Positions 12,338-28,753 of a DNA stretch of 64,000 nt are shown here, in pieces. The translations under genes were made by a program, and so were the position numbers. The DNA comes from Callorhinchus milii. Lineage: Eukaryota. A model generated the notes under the pieces. The model was given only the letters and a program-made list of their open reading frames with translations, searched no databases and had not been told where the DNA came from. Every line of letters starts with the position of its first letter. The stretch's first letter is position 1. The stretch lies in NCBI RefSeq assembly GCF_018977255.1, contig NW_024704762.1, positions 6,262,001 through 6,326,000 of the forward strand, read 5' to 3'.

Positions 12338-15300
12338 TCACAGTGAAGTGGTTTTGTTGCTGTGCATTCCTTCATCCTCGGGACTCATTCCAAAATTCGA
12401 GTTTCCGTACCTGGCATCGGAATCGCAATAACCGTTAGGAAAACGGAATGTCATAATAACAACAACAACAACAACAACACATTACATTTACACGGAGCCT
12501 TTCACGTCGGGAGGATGTCCCAAGGCGCTGGACAGTCAGGGATCCACACCCGAGCTGGTGGTTGGGATCAGGAGGGGTGGAGGGCGGGGAGGGTTTGGGG
12601 TAGGAGGGTGGCTGAGGGCACGGTTGAAGAGGAGGGTCTTGAGATGGGTCTCGAAGGAAACAATAGAGGGAGAGAGGCGGAGGGACTGTGGGATGCAGTA
12701 GAGAGGCTGCTGCACTCTGCCCCTTGAAATGCAATGTTCCACCTTAGTCTGCAACCTCACTGATATGGGATATATTTTCACCAAAACATCCCTCTGTGTC
12801 TTTTCCAGGAGAACTGTGTAAAGCCTCGTGAACAATTAACATAGGGTAAGTAATACAACATTGATATTAATATAGTCTAATTTGCAGTGACGTGAATTGC
12901 ATGCTGTACGTTGAAGGGAACAATAAATGGGGAGAAGGAATTATCAACAGAAGAACTAACAACGGCGAAGACAACTTGCATTTATTTTACCGCCCTTCAC
13001 AATTTGATATTTTTCGCCCACAAAATATACAGTCGGTTCACTTCACAGTATATTCTGTGAAGGGGCTTTGAGACGTCACAATGGGCGTGATAAGGCGCTG
13101 TATCAAATGCAAGGATTATTATTATTATTTCACGTGGAGGGCGTAAATAATAATCTTCGCTTTTGACACATCCCGACCTGGCTCAGTGAGCAGTTTAGTC
13201 CATGACGCCCACTCTGCCCGTTGCTGCTATACAACTGTCCACAAGAGGACGTCACAAGACCAGCTGGAAATTGCTCACGAAAGAGCTGGTCAGATCACAG
13301 ACTCGCTTCAGCATCTCTTTTGTGACCCTGCTGAGATTGGAAACTCAGCGGGCGACATACTGCGGCTTCAAATAAAGTCAAGTGTAGCAAAGTCACACTG
13401 AGTTTTGATAAAGTAAAACAGAACCGCAAACTTGCAGGTGCAATAAGGAGGAGACGAAAATAATGGCAGAATTCTACAACTTGTTTCACACCAGGTTTCC
13501 TTGCAGTCCTGGACTGCAAAGGACAACACAGGTTAGTTGTCAAAGTTATTGGGCTCTCTTAACAGAGCTAAGTATTTTGCCACCGACTTGCTTTACTGTG
13601 GCTCTTCCAAAATCCAATGAACTTGGATCACTTGGATATTAAACTGTTCCAACAATGAATGTCTTTCCTCGAATAATTCAATGAACTGAAGTAAGTGTCG
13701 TGCGTCTGTGCGCGTATTAGCATTGTTCTTACTATATTGTCATACTACTGCTATTTTTACAAGGGAACTGAGATTTTGGAGGCGAAGTTAAGCGACATGT
13801 CTGTGCTGTCATTTCTCTGCTGAGTCTAAAACGTGATGATTTAACGGCTCGTATCGCTGATAAACCGAAAGTTTTTCATTTGTAAGAACTTCTCGGCCTC
13901 AGGCTTTGCCACTGTTAAGTGCTTTGTGATGCCGCTCCTTTTATACAAATGAAAGCTGTTGTTCTTGTTGTTGTATTTTTTTTTAAAAAGAAACGAGTTG
14001 CGGTCCTTAACGTCAGGAAAAAAAAAACCGAGTATTTCGAATCTCAGAAAACGACAATAGTGTCGGGCTCAAGACTAGACGTCTTGTAAATGTTAGTGTA
14101 TAACGACGGAGGAAAACAAACTTACTTTTCGTACACGTTTTCTAGTTCCCCCTTCCTGCAAAAGGAAACTTGGGTAAGTACAGGCCCTGCTGAACTTTCA
14201 TTGATATACGAGCGGAATCTTACTCCACTGGCTTTGGGGTTCTTAGCTGGTTAAACTCCAAGCAGTTACTCCCCCCCCCCCCCCCACCCCACCCCCCCAC
14301 CACCCTAACTCACACCCTGGGGGTCCCGCAGGCCTTGGTTCTCGCCAACCCGCACCCAACACTCTCCGGAATTAGCCACGCATTCCCTCCAGGGGGAGAG
14401 TGCGCATTCCGTGCCAAACGCAGGGAGATTTTCTTGCGCTGGTGACGTACGTATGTGGAACTCTCAGTATGTGGAAACTCTTCAGCACGGTGATGCTCAC
14501 ACTCCCCACCCCCCCCCACCCCCCACACCCACCCAGGTCGTTGTCAGACTCCGCCACTGTGAATCGCTCCGGGACACTAGCCCTAGCCCGCGTGAAGTTT
14601 TACGCGTAACTGTTCAGTGAAGCTGTGAGGTTCAACGACGTCCACTTACTTCTTACAAAGGAGTCTGTTGAGTATCAACATGGAAAAGACAATGAAAATG
14701 AACACGATGACAGCGGTCAGTCCAACGAGCCAGGGCTGCCAGACTGCAACTGTGTCAGCTTTTGCTCCACCTACAACACAAAACAAACTACATAAATATA
14801 TATATACTGTGCGTGTATAACGTGAAAGGGTTTAGGATGATAAGGGTTTAGCTTATTATACTCCCTGATCCCCCACCAACCCACCCGGGAGAGATCATCA
14901 GACTATTAACGTCACTGAGCTAACATTTGATGAGTCTCCACAGTCCTTGCTCCAGTTCAATACGTGTCTGCGCTGATAACAAACAGACAATATTCAGAAT
15001 TTCCTCAGCTATCGCTCAACGTAAACCCACACACACATTTCCTTGAAGCTCCTGTTCATTCCCTTCCTCCCCAGATAAGATATCGGGAGCTAACGATTGG
15101 GGGATATGCCCCTGTTTTCTAACAGACGACTTTCCAGGAGGGGATTGGGGCAGAGCGTGCGAAATCGGCCCCACTTTCTCTCGAGAGACCTTGTGTGGAA
15201 AAACAATCCCATTTTACTGACGCCGAAGCCTGATAAAAGCGTTATTAAATTTGAACCATGCGTTGTAACCTGAGCAAAGGTGAAGAAGAAAAATAAAAAC

Positions 15301-16708
15301 TAAACACAATAAACATGGGATGAGTATTCCCTTGCGATGAAGTGGTCGGGAAACCAATACCATTCCCATTCAACAGCGACATTATCATGTTTCAGGACAG
15401 GCCTGAGTTAGCACAAGAGCCCGTAATTCTAACCCAGGCAGATGGGTCTTGCCCAGCTCCGTGAACTGTCTCCAAGACCTTGTTCCAGATAAAATCCTGC
15501 CCCTCCGTTGGGAATATTTGAGATGACTCAATGACGTGATAAGGCGCCGTATCAAATGCAAGGATTATTATTATTATTATATTGTTGTTTGCATGTGGAG
15601 AGTGTGAAGTCCAAGCAATAAAGTCTCTGTGACTGAGTCAGAGAGAGGGGGAAAAAACACTCTACGCTGTATACCAGTGCTTCCGGCATTGCTTCCATAC
15701 CTGTGCAAACTTTGCTCATTGCATTGCAATCCCTGAGAGAGAGAAAATAGTAATAGTAACGGCCACGGAGTGAGTGGCAAATTTTATTTGGGGCATTGTA
15801 GGCTTTACAGTAGGCTTTAGGGATCTTTAACATCCATCTAAACAGGCGAACGCCTCAGAAAATATCCTTGACATCTTCTGCGTCTTTCAGTAAAATATTC
15901 AAGATATTACGCTTAACTGGAAACACAACATTTCATATTGGAATAGATTCACCCGCACTCGAATCACGCAACTTCACGGTGAAGCGCTTTTGAGATGTCT
16001 GGACGACGCGTTAAGTCGCCGTATCCAACGCAAGAATTGTCACTCTCTGTGTTCTAAACAGCAGGTTTCATCTTAAAAAGAAAATGCGTTGCCGTTGCCT
16101 TGTAAGATCCTGTACGATATATTTTCATAATAATAATAATCCTTTGCATTCGGGATAGCACCGTATCGCGTCGTCGAGACGTCTCAAAGCGCTTCACAGA
16201 GTATACTGTAAAGTGGATTGACTGTATATTTTGTGGGTGAATCGCACACAGCAGTGTCCCACAAACATTCGTGGATTGAGTGACCGAATGATTGTTATAT
16301 TTGTCTTATTTTGAAGAAGTTATTACCCCCGGAAAGCGATCCGCCAATTGACTAATGATTGGGTTCCTGCTCACTGCTAGGTAAACAGAGGCGAGTGGAG
16401 GAAGGAAACTTGGCTAAGGTTTCACCTCGCCCGAGAATCGAACCCAGGTCCTCTTGTTTGCGAGGCGAGTCCTCCAGTGTTACCGATATACGAAAGGACT
16501 CCACGTAGCGGAGTTTCTCCATGAAGGAGCTTACTTTCTCCCCACCGCACCCCCCCCACCCCGCACCCCCTCCCCACCCGCCCCGGCCCCACTACCTTAA
16601 AGTGAAGTAGAAGCTCCAGAATTTCAACAGGGAACAGCACTTACCACTCTGTGCATGCGCTGCACCCAGTAATAGCAGCAAAAGCAAAGCTGGGGACGTA
16701 AAAGCCAT
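12338..16708 (-). CDS. SMIM24: Small integral membrane protein 24 (MAP17/PDZK1IP1 family), 4 coding exons: 16645-16708, 14650-14770, 14126-14155, 12338-12410; 95 aa
   Basis: Not in the ORF track; assembled by hand. All introns GT-AG, phases 1/2/2. Translation MAFTSPALLLLLLLGAAHAQSGGAKADTVAVWQPWLVGLTAVIVFIFIVFSMLILNRLLCKKKGELENVYEKYGNSNFGMSPEDEGMHSNKTTSL: signal peptide, family motif (Q/K)PWLVGLxAV plus TM helix, SNFG motif, C-terminal PDZ-type TSL. Lies next to SMIM44/DOHH as in human. Minus-strand AATAAA motifs at about 11950-12015. Confidence 0.85.
12452..12720 (-). mobile_element. L2 3' fragment in the last SMIM24 intron
   Basis: Minus-strand IPQSLRLSPSIVSFETHLKTLLFNRA resembles the L2 ORF2 C-terminus; L2 tail and (TTG)n at 12452-12535. 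Confidence 0.75.
16128..16470 (-). mobile_element. Near full-length tRNA-headed SINE in SMIM24 intron 1
   Basis: Reverse complement of the 1497 family, from the (ATT)n tail to the B box (gaatcgaaccc at about 16435-16445). Confidence 0.85.
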
Positions 16709-18669
16709 TCTCTTCACTGTCTGTAACACGTAGCGCCCAAGGTAACTGATTTACTACGTGATCGTTTAGGACTGTTCTCGGATCAAGGTACAGAGGGCTT
16801 GCAGGTAATTGCTCAAGTTAATCAGCTGTGAGACTGCTGATAGGTTTCCCCCAAAATATTTACACGTACTGTACTGCGCTACTTAAAGCTGCCTTTTACA
16901 TAATTGGGAGTGGTGTTTGGTATCGCAATGTATTGGAGTGTTAGCCCAGGGCTGTGAGGTCAAAGTCTTGTCGTGGGATCCAAACCCACAACCACAACCT
17001 TCTGACTCAGGGTTCGAGAGCGCTACCATCTGAGCCACGCTGGGAATGTAGGATAGAGAGATATTCCCGCCCCTCCCTCCATCATACACTGAGCTACTGG
17101 GTCAGTTTGGCTGTTTTGCACGATTGCTCAAAAAAGAGTTGACAGAAGATTTACTGTATTTCTTTGAAGTTCTTGTGCCACTGAAACTCCAGTGACTGCC
17201 AAAGTAGCACCGTGCTTTATACAGGCAGAAGTTATTCATGTCACTTGCGCAGTTTAAGAGACTGAAGTTCGGTTGTTCCAAAGTTTTTATTGCCTTCTAA
17301 GATGGAGTTCTAGTCCGCTGAATCACAGGCAGGTATTAAATCTAATAGGATCACATTTTCAATAGAGCTGTGGTTTTGAACAATCTTCCTCAGTGCAATC
17401 TGAACAAATAGATACTTGATCTGAACATAAATAAATAATTCTAGCGTTTTAATGTATTCCTTTTGTGTAGAAATCCTTCCTGGCTATGACATTACCTGGA
17501 CAGCTTCTTTACTGAGGTTTAAACCATGTTGCTTTCAATCTAATGACCTGTTATTTACTTTGTGACAAGCTACAGGGGGGAGTGAGATCCAGGAACAATA
17601 ATATTCTCCAGCCTGGCTTACATAATGGGCGAGCCATCCATATCGGGTAATAAATGGGCAATAAATACTGAACGAAAAATGTGACTGAATCTCTGCCCAC
17701 TTGCAACTTACCCCCGCAACTGTTGCTCATGGTGAAGCTCAGCAAGACCATGTACACGGCAAATAGCTCTCTGCGTGTCACAGGGACATTGAATGTAAGA
17801 ACGAATGTCAAATTTGTACTACATATTGATTTGGCTGCTTGTTATAGAAAGGACATCACCGTGCTGACAACAGGATATCCACCAGCTTGCTACCAGGGAA
17901 GATATAATATAATGTACATTTATATGATATCGCGCCCGAGTGAGGGGTTGGGTGGTTGAAGAGAGTGGGGTAGGGGCTGGAGAGTGATGCACAGCAGTTT
18001 GGTAGGGTAAACAGAGACCCTTTCTGTTGATCGGTAAACATCAGCCGAAGCGATTAAATAAATTAAGAAGCAAAGGGGGGATTGGAAGAAATTTATTTGC
18101 ACAGAGAGCTGTTAAGACCATGGGCTGATAAAGCTGAATCCGTAACAGTGATCTTTTTAAAATATATTTATATACATTATGTGTGTTAAAAGCAAAATAA
18201 CATGTACTCCATCCAATCCCCTATCAATTACAATGTGTTCAGGAGGTTGTGGGCTTGAAGCTCTGTACTTCCCCTTGTTTACATCTCGCTGGCAATGATT
18301 GAGATGAATTCTGTCAGTGTTCAGATTGAAAGTGAAGGGTTTTCCCTTGAGCGGAGGATGTGATTGAAGGATTCAACGCTTTTTTTTGTTACATGTTTCC
18401 TTCCAAGCAGATCTGTAATAATAAACCTTGCGTTTGATACAGAGCCCTTATCACGTCGCTGAGATATCTCAAAGCGCTTCACAAGATGTACTGTGAAGAG
18501 AATTGACTGTGTGTTTTGTGGGCGATATAGATATTGCAACCTGATCACACAGAAATTCGCAGCCTGGGTGGACAATTCCACCCATTAATCTGAAGCAGGT
18601 CAAATAGACAAAATAATAATAATAACAATAATTAATAGTTATGGTCGCATTTTGATCCAGCACCTTGTG

Positions 18670-19080
18670 CTGCCAAAACAACTCACAGCATGATCGAGAC
18701 GTCTTCAAAGGTTTTTTTTTACTAGGAAGTGCAGCTGTATTTTTACTGTGAACTGCAACGACTGTGTATTTTGTAGGCGAGCGCGGCAGCCAATTTGCAC
18801 ACAGCAATGCCCCACAAACAGACCGGGAAGTGAATAACCATTTTCTTATCTGGAGGAAATTATTGAAATAGTGTCATGATATCTTTAACGTCCACCTGAA
18901 CAGGTAGATGGGACCCTTAACAGTTGATCTGGAGGCTGGCATCTCTGACAATGCATTGCTCCTCCAGGGTTGTATTGGAAAATCAGGCAATTAGCCTCGT
19001 CTATTTACTATTAGCTTAAAGTGCTTACAAGGGGCTTGAACCCACAACCTTCTGACACAAAGATGGGAGTTGTACCAATT
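18670..19080 (-). mobile_element. DeuSINE-type SINE
   Basis: gcggcagccaatttgcacacagcaatg...atctttaacgtccacctgaacagg...cttgaacccacaaccttctgac. Confidence 0.72.
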
Positions 19081-19496
19081 ATAGTTAACAGCCAGTCTGA
19101 CACCCAACTCAAGTTGTGGATGGGACCCATGTAAACAAGAATTGCTTTAAATCTTCTCTCTCGTCATTCTGCAGATCAAAAAGACCCTCTTCGGTTCAAA
19201 TTGTAAGCCGTTTTTACCTGAATCACATAAATGATATGAGTAAGAACTTGTCGGTTTTGACTGTGCTTCTCAATGACTTTGCTACAAAATGTTGTTTAAA
19301 AACAGCTACGAAAGTGGAAATGTTTGTTTAAAACCAAAGTAATCCTTTCACTGATTTCAGTCTCTCGCCTCCAGGTCTTATGTTCCATCTTCTGGATTTC
19401 TGTCGGGTGAGGGTGGTGAGTTGTCAGTTACCTAACGAAATCTCAATCTTTTCATTGCGAGTTCTAAATGTGCTCAGCTATCAATCAATGCTGTGT

Positions 19497-22513
<3,017 letters not shown>

Positions 22514-22839
22514 TTAATCCCTGGATCGAAGCCAGTCATTCTTTCCTTTGGCTCTCATAATCCCCTTCTGTTCTTAATCCTTTACTATCCCTATTCCTAT
22601 TTCCTGCAGCTACAATGAATGGATCCGCGGCTAAAACCCTTAAAGTACTCCCAATTATAAATGTAGATGATCATTTGGTAAACCGGTCTATAGTTAATTA
22701 GTATATTTACTAAAAGGTGATCCGATACAAGCGAAAGGAGACAGGCCAGGTGGTCAGGGTCTGTAACTCCGGTTAAAACCTGATAAATATTACTGTCAAA
22801 AGGTCAGAAAATACATTTTTGATAACATGCAGGATATTG

Positions 22840-23047
22840 CTTTCCGGGGTAACAATCCCTTCAAAAAAAAATGTCGTCACTCAATCCACGATTGTTTGTG
22901 GGACGCTGCTGTGCGCAATTGGCTGCCGTGTTTCGCCCACAAAATATAGTCAATTCACTTTACAGTGTGTTCTGTGAAGCGCTTTGGGACGTCCTCCCGA
23001 CGTGAAAAGCGCTATATCAAATGCAAGGATTATTATTATTATTATTA
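22840..23047 (+). mobile_element. 5'-truncated SINE (body and tail)
   Basis: Close match to 51550-51718. Many similar 3' fragments occur, e.g. 1-120, 2207-2340, 4320-4409, 8487-8605, 13010-13128, 21962-22115, 25720-25822, 36585-36750, 48845-49010, 56555-56690. Confidence 0.85.
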
Positions 23048-24994
23048 CTCTCCCATGCAAATACTCTTCCCTCCACACTTAACATAAGAGTGTGTTTTCC
23101 CACAAAATAGTCACTCCATTTTAGCCTGTGCTGTGAATTGAGCTATGGTCACTTCCGCAAGAATGAGAGGCAGTCAGCCACAGTTTTTCGATAACTCCTA
23201 GCAGTTGTTTCAAGGATAGCTTGTTTTTGGCCAGGAAACATGAATTACTGTATATGAAAATGAAATATTCCTGGTACATTTCTGATCTATTTAAAGCTTT
23301 AAGCAATGCACTATAAAAGGGCTGGAAGACACAGTGTGTGTGTGTATGTGTTTGTGGGGTGGGGGCAGAAGAGAAAGCAATTTATTAAGATCAAGCTCAT
23401 TACTTACCAGGGAATTTAACCAAATTAATTGCACTGTTGTATTACCAATTTGATCAATTAAACATCTCAAAATGTATCTGATGTAATGCAACACTTTTTT
23501 TGTACAAAGCATTATTGATTTGCAATCAAACTTGCCTTGTCATTGCGTGTGTCAGATGGGAGTATTTAAGGATTTATATTAAGAAGATTGTGTGTTGGCC
23601 GGAAGAATATTGTACAATGAGCTTGAAAGAGGTCAAGGATAGCGCAAAATAGGCCAAAAATATACATTGTGTGTAACTGGTATTGATTACATTACATTTA
23701 GTATTAAGTTTAATACTAAAGCTCCAGCCCTCAGAAAGAGAAAAACATAATTACATGAGTTTTGTAGATTCTATAAATATATAGTTTAATCAGCTTATGG
23801 CACAAATAAGCAGCTATAAATAAAGAGCTGTTAAAAGTACAACTAGTGTTGCAAATTTGAATAAATAGAACATAATTTGATGCGAGAAAGATTGATAAAT
23901 GATTGATTCATATGAAGTAGAGATGTACCTCTATCTCTAACCTATATTAAACAAAGGTATCAGTGAGTCACTAAATAGAGTCTCTATTGGTGCTCACTGA
24001 TTTTTATAAGATTTCCTTTGAGAAAACCACACAGAACTTTTTCGTCAATTTACTTGGTGAATTTACTGGATGTGGTGGTGTATGCTTGCTCATTATGGGA
24101 TGTTCTCGCACCGCCAACTTCTGCAAATTAATTAAGCAGCAAAGAACGAGGTGTACTGTGCTCACCTGTCAAGTCAGTAAATTTAAACCATCAGAGAATC
24201 AGGCTTAGAGTATCTAAATACAGATCTCATCAGGGAGCACAATAATTCTCGGCAAAACTCTCTGGTTTGCACAGACCAAGTATCGACTGATACGAAGAGA
24301 AAGGACAGGTTTCACACCGACACTACAGTGCTAAACATCGGGGAAATAACAGGAGCAACATCTGTGATCAACAAGAGTCGACACAAAACCCTCCCATTGC
24401 TCGGAGATGTTTATTTTTAAGTGGCATAGTTCAAAATAGGTCGCGTTATGAAATCAAATGGATCTATTGTTTCTTGGTGATCAAGTGTAAACAGGGGCTT
24501 GGATTCTTGGGATATGTTTTCCTACAGCCAGCAAAATTTAACTTAAAACAAATGTAGGTCAGTCAGGTGGCAGAAAGCATTTTGAACACAAATGTGTGTT
24601 TATAAGCCTTTCCGTTTGATTTAGAATCTGATCACGTCGATATGTCTCAAAGTGCTTCGCAGAATATTCTATATAGTAACTGTATTTTCGGGGGGTAACT
24701 GGGTGGCTGACACATGTGGAAACCCATCACCATGTTTAAGAGTATCTGGGAATTCCATGCATCCCATCCACTTGTCGGCAAACTATGAACCTTTCAGATT
24801 AAGCATTGGGTAACACACATTCTTGAACGTTTAAGACGGAAGACTACAGGAAGAACATGTGGCACTGGTGATACACACAGCTTTGTACAGCAAGTTACAG
24901 TCTCAGGGTTTACTGTATTTACAAAGTCTAGTCCTCTTCATCTTTTATTGGAAGATGGTTTTTCAGTAGGTGAACAAAAGAGGTGTACATCTTC

Positions 24995-27900
24995 CTACAA
25001 ATTATTTTTGTTCCATTTAACCAATCCATCTGCATACTGGAACTCCTGATTGTTCTCGTACTCCAACATGTCCAATGCCACCTCACAGCTCTCTTTCACC
25101 ACACGCTCTCCGTCCTGCAGATATTCTTTCAACACCTGAATGCACGGCTCCTTGGCAATTGATCCCAGAGCCTCTGCACATTCGTGTCGGACCATGGGAC
25201 TTTCATCCAGTTTTTTCAACGCTTCGATAAGTTGGGGAACGCTGGCTTCGTGTTGCATCTGACCGAAGACGTAGCCAATTTCGTGTCGGAACAAAGCACT
25301 GCCACACTGTAAGCCTGCGGAGAGGTAGGAAGCACAGAGCTGTCGATAACTTTGTTCAGAAACATTTGACAACTGTATGTGACTGGTCATCGACTGTATG
25401 GTACTCACAGGGTTTTAGAGTGAGTCAGTTATGTTATGTCATGTTATGTTATGGAACGATTATCGACAGAATGGTAACAGGCTGCTGGGCATTACTGACC
25501 CGTACTCTCCATATAAAAATAATGCTAAAAAATATTTTGCTTTAGCCACATCACACAGTGGTGGAAAATATAGAAACTTCCTGCATTAGCAACTGTTACA
25601 GGTGACGGCAGTAGGTATTTGAGCAAAAGGGCAGGAATTTGGTAAAGGGTTTCATTTCTTCGAATATTGCAGAAGTAGAGGGGAAAGTTACTCCCTTATA
25701 TATACATATTATAGTAATATAATAATCCTTGCATTTGATATAGTGCCTTATCACGTTCTTCAATATGTCTCCAAGTGCTCCACAGAATATACTGTAAAGT
25801 GAATTGACTGTACATTGTGTGGGCAGAGCAAAGCTCCCCTGATCAGCCAACAATGTGACAGCACCCTCTACTGTACCTATATGACATTTCCATTTCATTT
25901 CCAAATGATATTAGTCAATATTCGTATATCCATACAGAACTCATTTAAACTTGTGGCTAAATTAATCTCTCTGCATTGCTGGTCACAGAATATCTTCTGT
26001 TTCAAATGGGGTTTTCTCAAATCTTCTCCCTGAAGCTGTCTCCTCTTTCATGCCAAAATGTACTTTTTTTCCCCCTTCCCCAATATCGAATCTGATCTTA
26101 ACTACCGCCCCTGGATTTACTTTATTTTTCAAACCTTGGTGGTAGCTTTCATTCTGGAACTATTGTAGAAAATGTACAATATATAACTGGATGTGGAGAA
26201 AAAAAAAACACATAAAAATAGTTCATCAACTTCACTTTATGAAATGTCATTCCCCCCCCACCCCCACCCACCCCAATTTATTGGACTTGATATAATCACG
26301 AAACAAAAAAAAACTGACAGGACTTACCTTCGCCTAAAGCCAGAACTGCTTCTTCACTTCCAATATTTCGCAGAGCAAAGATAGCTCTGTATCGGTCAAA
26401 CAAAGGAACAGATTCGTCCAGGAGAATGTCCCTCAACTTTTTAATATCTTTTTCTTGGGCTGGGGGAGCAGGGTCCACAGAGTGATATGGGTTTCCAGTT
26501 TGCTCTTTGTTGTTCTGAAGCCATTCAATGCGCTTTACTGCCAGCTGGCAAGTCTCAGCGACCTGTAAATCTCAATACAAAAGCAGTGTTGAAGGGAGCG
26601 TCACATAAGATGACGAGATATCAGAAAGCTTTAAAATTGCATGAGCATTGATCTTCACTACAGAGCAGGAAACAATACAGTACCTTTGATTGTAAAACTC
26701 TTTCTCTCTGTCCCCCTAAAGCCTTATTAAAATATAATGCACTACTAGGAAATAGTGAGGACATTTTTTAATCCCTCACTCTCTATAGTCCTAAAAAGCG
26801 CTGACATTTTGGCTCTGATACCCAAGTTCCAAAAGTTGCTCCCTCGTGTCAACCAGGAGTCATTTGGGAATTATAGGTTTGAGATGCGTGCAGAGCTAAC
26901 GGGAGATCCGAATCCAAGTTCTTTGGGAAATTTGTAGCTTGGAATACCAGCCATTTGGCAACACTAGTTATCTCCAGAGGCAAGTTTGTCTCAGGATGTG
27001 GAAATGACTTTATAGACAACCCCATTGCCTGTATTATCTTACCTCTACTACTGGATCATGTGAGTATTGCTGCAATAATTCAAGGACTTCAGGTTTTCCT
27101 ATGGCTCCCAAAGCTTCACCTGAAATAAAAACACATTGGAGCTTCACAAAAAAAAACTAAAAGTCGAAACAATAAATTGTTGGGCCAGGACACCAGGAGA
27201 GAGAAACTCCCTTCTCGTTTCCAATACTACCTCTGGATCTTTAACGTCCACCTGGAAAGGCAGACAGAACAGGACCTTGGTTTACCGTCTCACCTGAACG
27301 GAGGCAACTTCGACAACGCAGCGCACTGTAGTGGAGCGAGCGTCAGTCAGCCTGGACTGTATGCGAGCTCAAAGTCTGGATGGAGAGCGCAACGTGAAAA
27401 GCTCGATGGTTTGAGCTGGTCAGACGCCAGCAGTACCCACCCCCCAACACCCAACGCACACTCTGGCGTCCCAGAGACTTGGTTCCTCAAGCGCTCCGGG
27501 TCGCTACCCTGCGCGAGGGTCGGGCTACGAATGAAAAGTCATCGTCGCTGCTGTCGTCGTCGTCGTCCCTGCCAACCTGCGCCTCACACTTGCCGGGTAG
27601 CAATTGGGTAAGAAGCAGGACATGTCCCTCCTGGGGTGTGAGAGAGAGAGAGAGAGAGTGGGAGCGTGCATTCCCAATCCAATACACGTTACTTGGGATT
27701 GGCAGGTGTCGGTGGTGGTGGGGGGGCAGTGGTTGTGTGGGCGTGAGGGGGTGGTGTGGGGGGAGGGGTGCAGGGAATTCTCAGGCTGGGGGTTTGGAGA
27801 CTCTCTGAGCCAGCAATAGGTGATGGGGTTTCCAGGTGGGTCAGACACCCCTCAATCAGTCAATCAATCAATCAATCCACCAATCAATCAATACACCAAT

Positions 27901-28114
27901 CAATCAATCAATCCACCAATCAATCAATACACCAATTCATCAATCAATACACCAATCAATCAATACACCCATTCATCAATCAATACACCAATCAATCAAT
28001 ACACCAATTCATCAATCAATCCACCAATCAATCAATACACCAATTCATCAATCAATACACCAATCAATCAATACACCAATTCATCAATCAATACACCAAT
28101 TAATCAATCAATCC

Positions 28115-28149
<35 letters not shown>

Positions 28150-28497
28150 CACCAATCAATCAATACACCAATCAATACACCAATCAACCAGTGACTGACC
28201 GGCTTCATGCCTGACCATGGGCTCCTGGCCGGGGTCCTGCAGCACGTGGCTGAGCACGGGCAGGGCCCGCGGGTCCTGGAGCTGCCCCAGACAGTAGGCC
28301 AACTCGTGCTTGAGCAGCGCCGACCCGTCCCCGAAGCCCCTGGAGATCCAGTCGATGGCCTCGGGCCCCCCGACGTTGCGTAGGGTGAAAAGCGCCCGGA
28401 AGCGCTCCCGCAGCGGCTTGGACGCGTCCAGCAGGGTCGTGCCGACCGACTCCAGCGCCTCGGCGCCCAACACGGCTCCCTGCGCGGCGGCCGGCAT
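24995..28497 (-). CDS. DOHH: Deoxyhypusine hydroxylase, 4 coding exons: 28200-28497, 27043-27119, 26328-26562, 24995-25314; 309 aa
   Basis: HEAT-repeat protein with four His-Glu iron-binding motifs (KHELAY, RHEAGEALG, RHEIGY, RHECAEALG). GT-AG boundaries; exon lengths 298+77+235+320=930 nt in frame. Confidence 0.97.
27175..27420 (-). mobile_element. DeuSINE-type fragment in DOHH intron 1
   Basis: ggccaggacaccaggagagagaaactccc...ggatctttaacgtccacctg core. Confidence 0.65.
27853..28190. repeat. (ATCA)n-derived compound microsatellite/minisatellite beside the DOHH exon 1 donor
   Basis: Repeating caatcaatcaatacac / caattcatcaatcaat units. Confidence 0.95.
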
Positions 28498-28613
28498 CGC
28501 TCGCGGAGCAGTCCTCCAAGCGCCACCAGGTAGTCCTCCAAGAGCCCGGCGTCCTCCGCGCTCGGCCCGACACCTCGCTCCGTTGAGATGGGTGGGCGGG
28601 ATTGGGCTGGTTT

Positions 28614-28753
28614 CACGCCCGTTGGGGGCGGGTTTTGTCGTACTGTGCGTAAAAATACGCCCATTGGGCGGGTTTTGTCGTACTGTGCGTAAAAATACGC
28701 CCAATTGGGCGGGTTTTGTTGTACGGTGCTTGAAAACACGCCCAATTGGGCGG
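28614..28753. repeat. About 3.4 copies of a 40-41 bp tandem repeat upstream of DOHH
   Basis: Unit cgcccaattgggcgggttttgtcgtactgtgcgtaaaaata, starting at 28616, 28658, 28698 and 28739. Confidence 0.9.

Noticed and set aside
13295-13543. Alternative last exon for SMIM24 ending in EASL
   Set aside because: Nearby acceptors give a different frame for a phase-2 join; 12338-12410 fits the family better.
16741-16754. HNF1-like site upstream of SMIM24
   Set aside because: Three mismatches to the consensus; too weak without conservation data.
27756-28198. ORFs rich in INQS/HQSI repeats
   Set aside because: Translations of the ATCA microsatellite.
28614-28753. CRISPR-like array of palindromic repeats
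   Set aside because: The sequence between palindromes is also repeated, so there are no unique spacers; vertebrate context with no cas genes.
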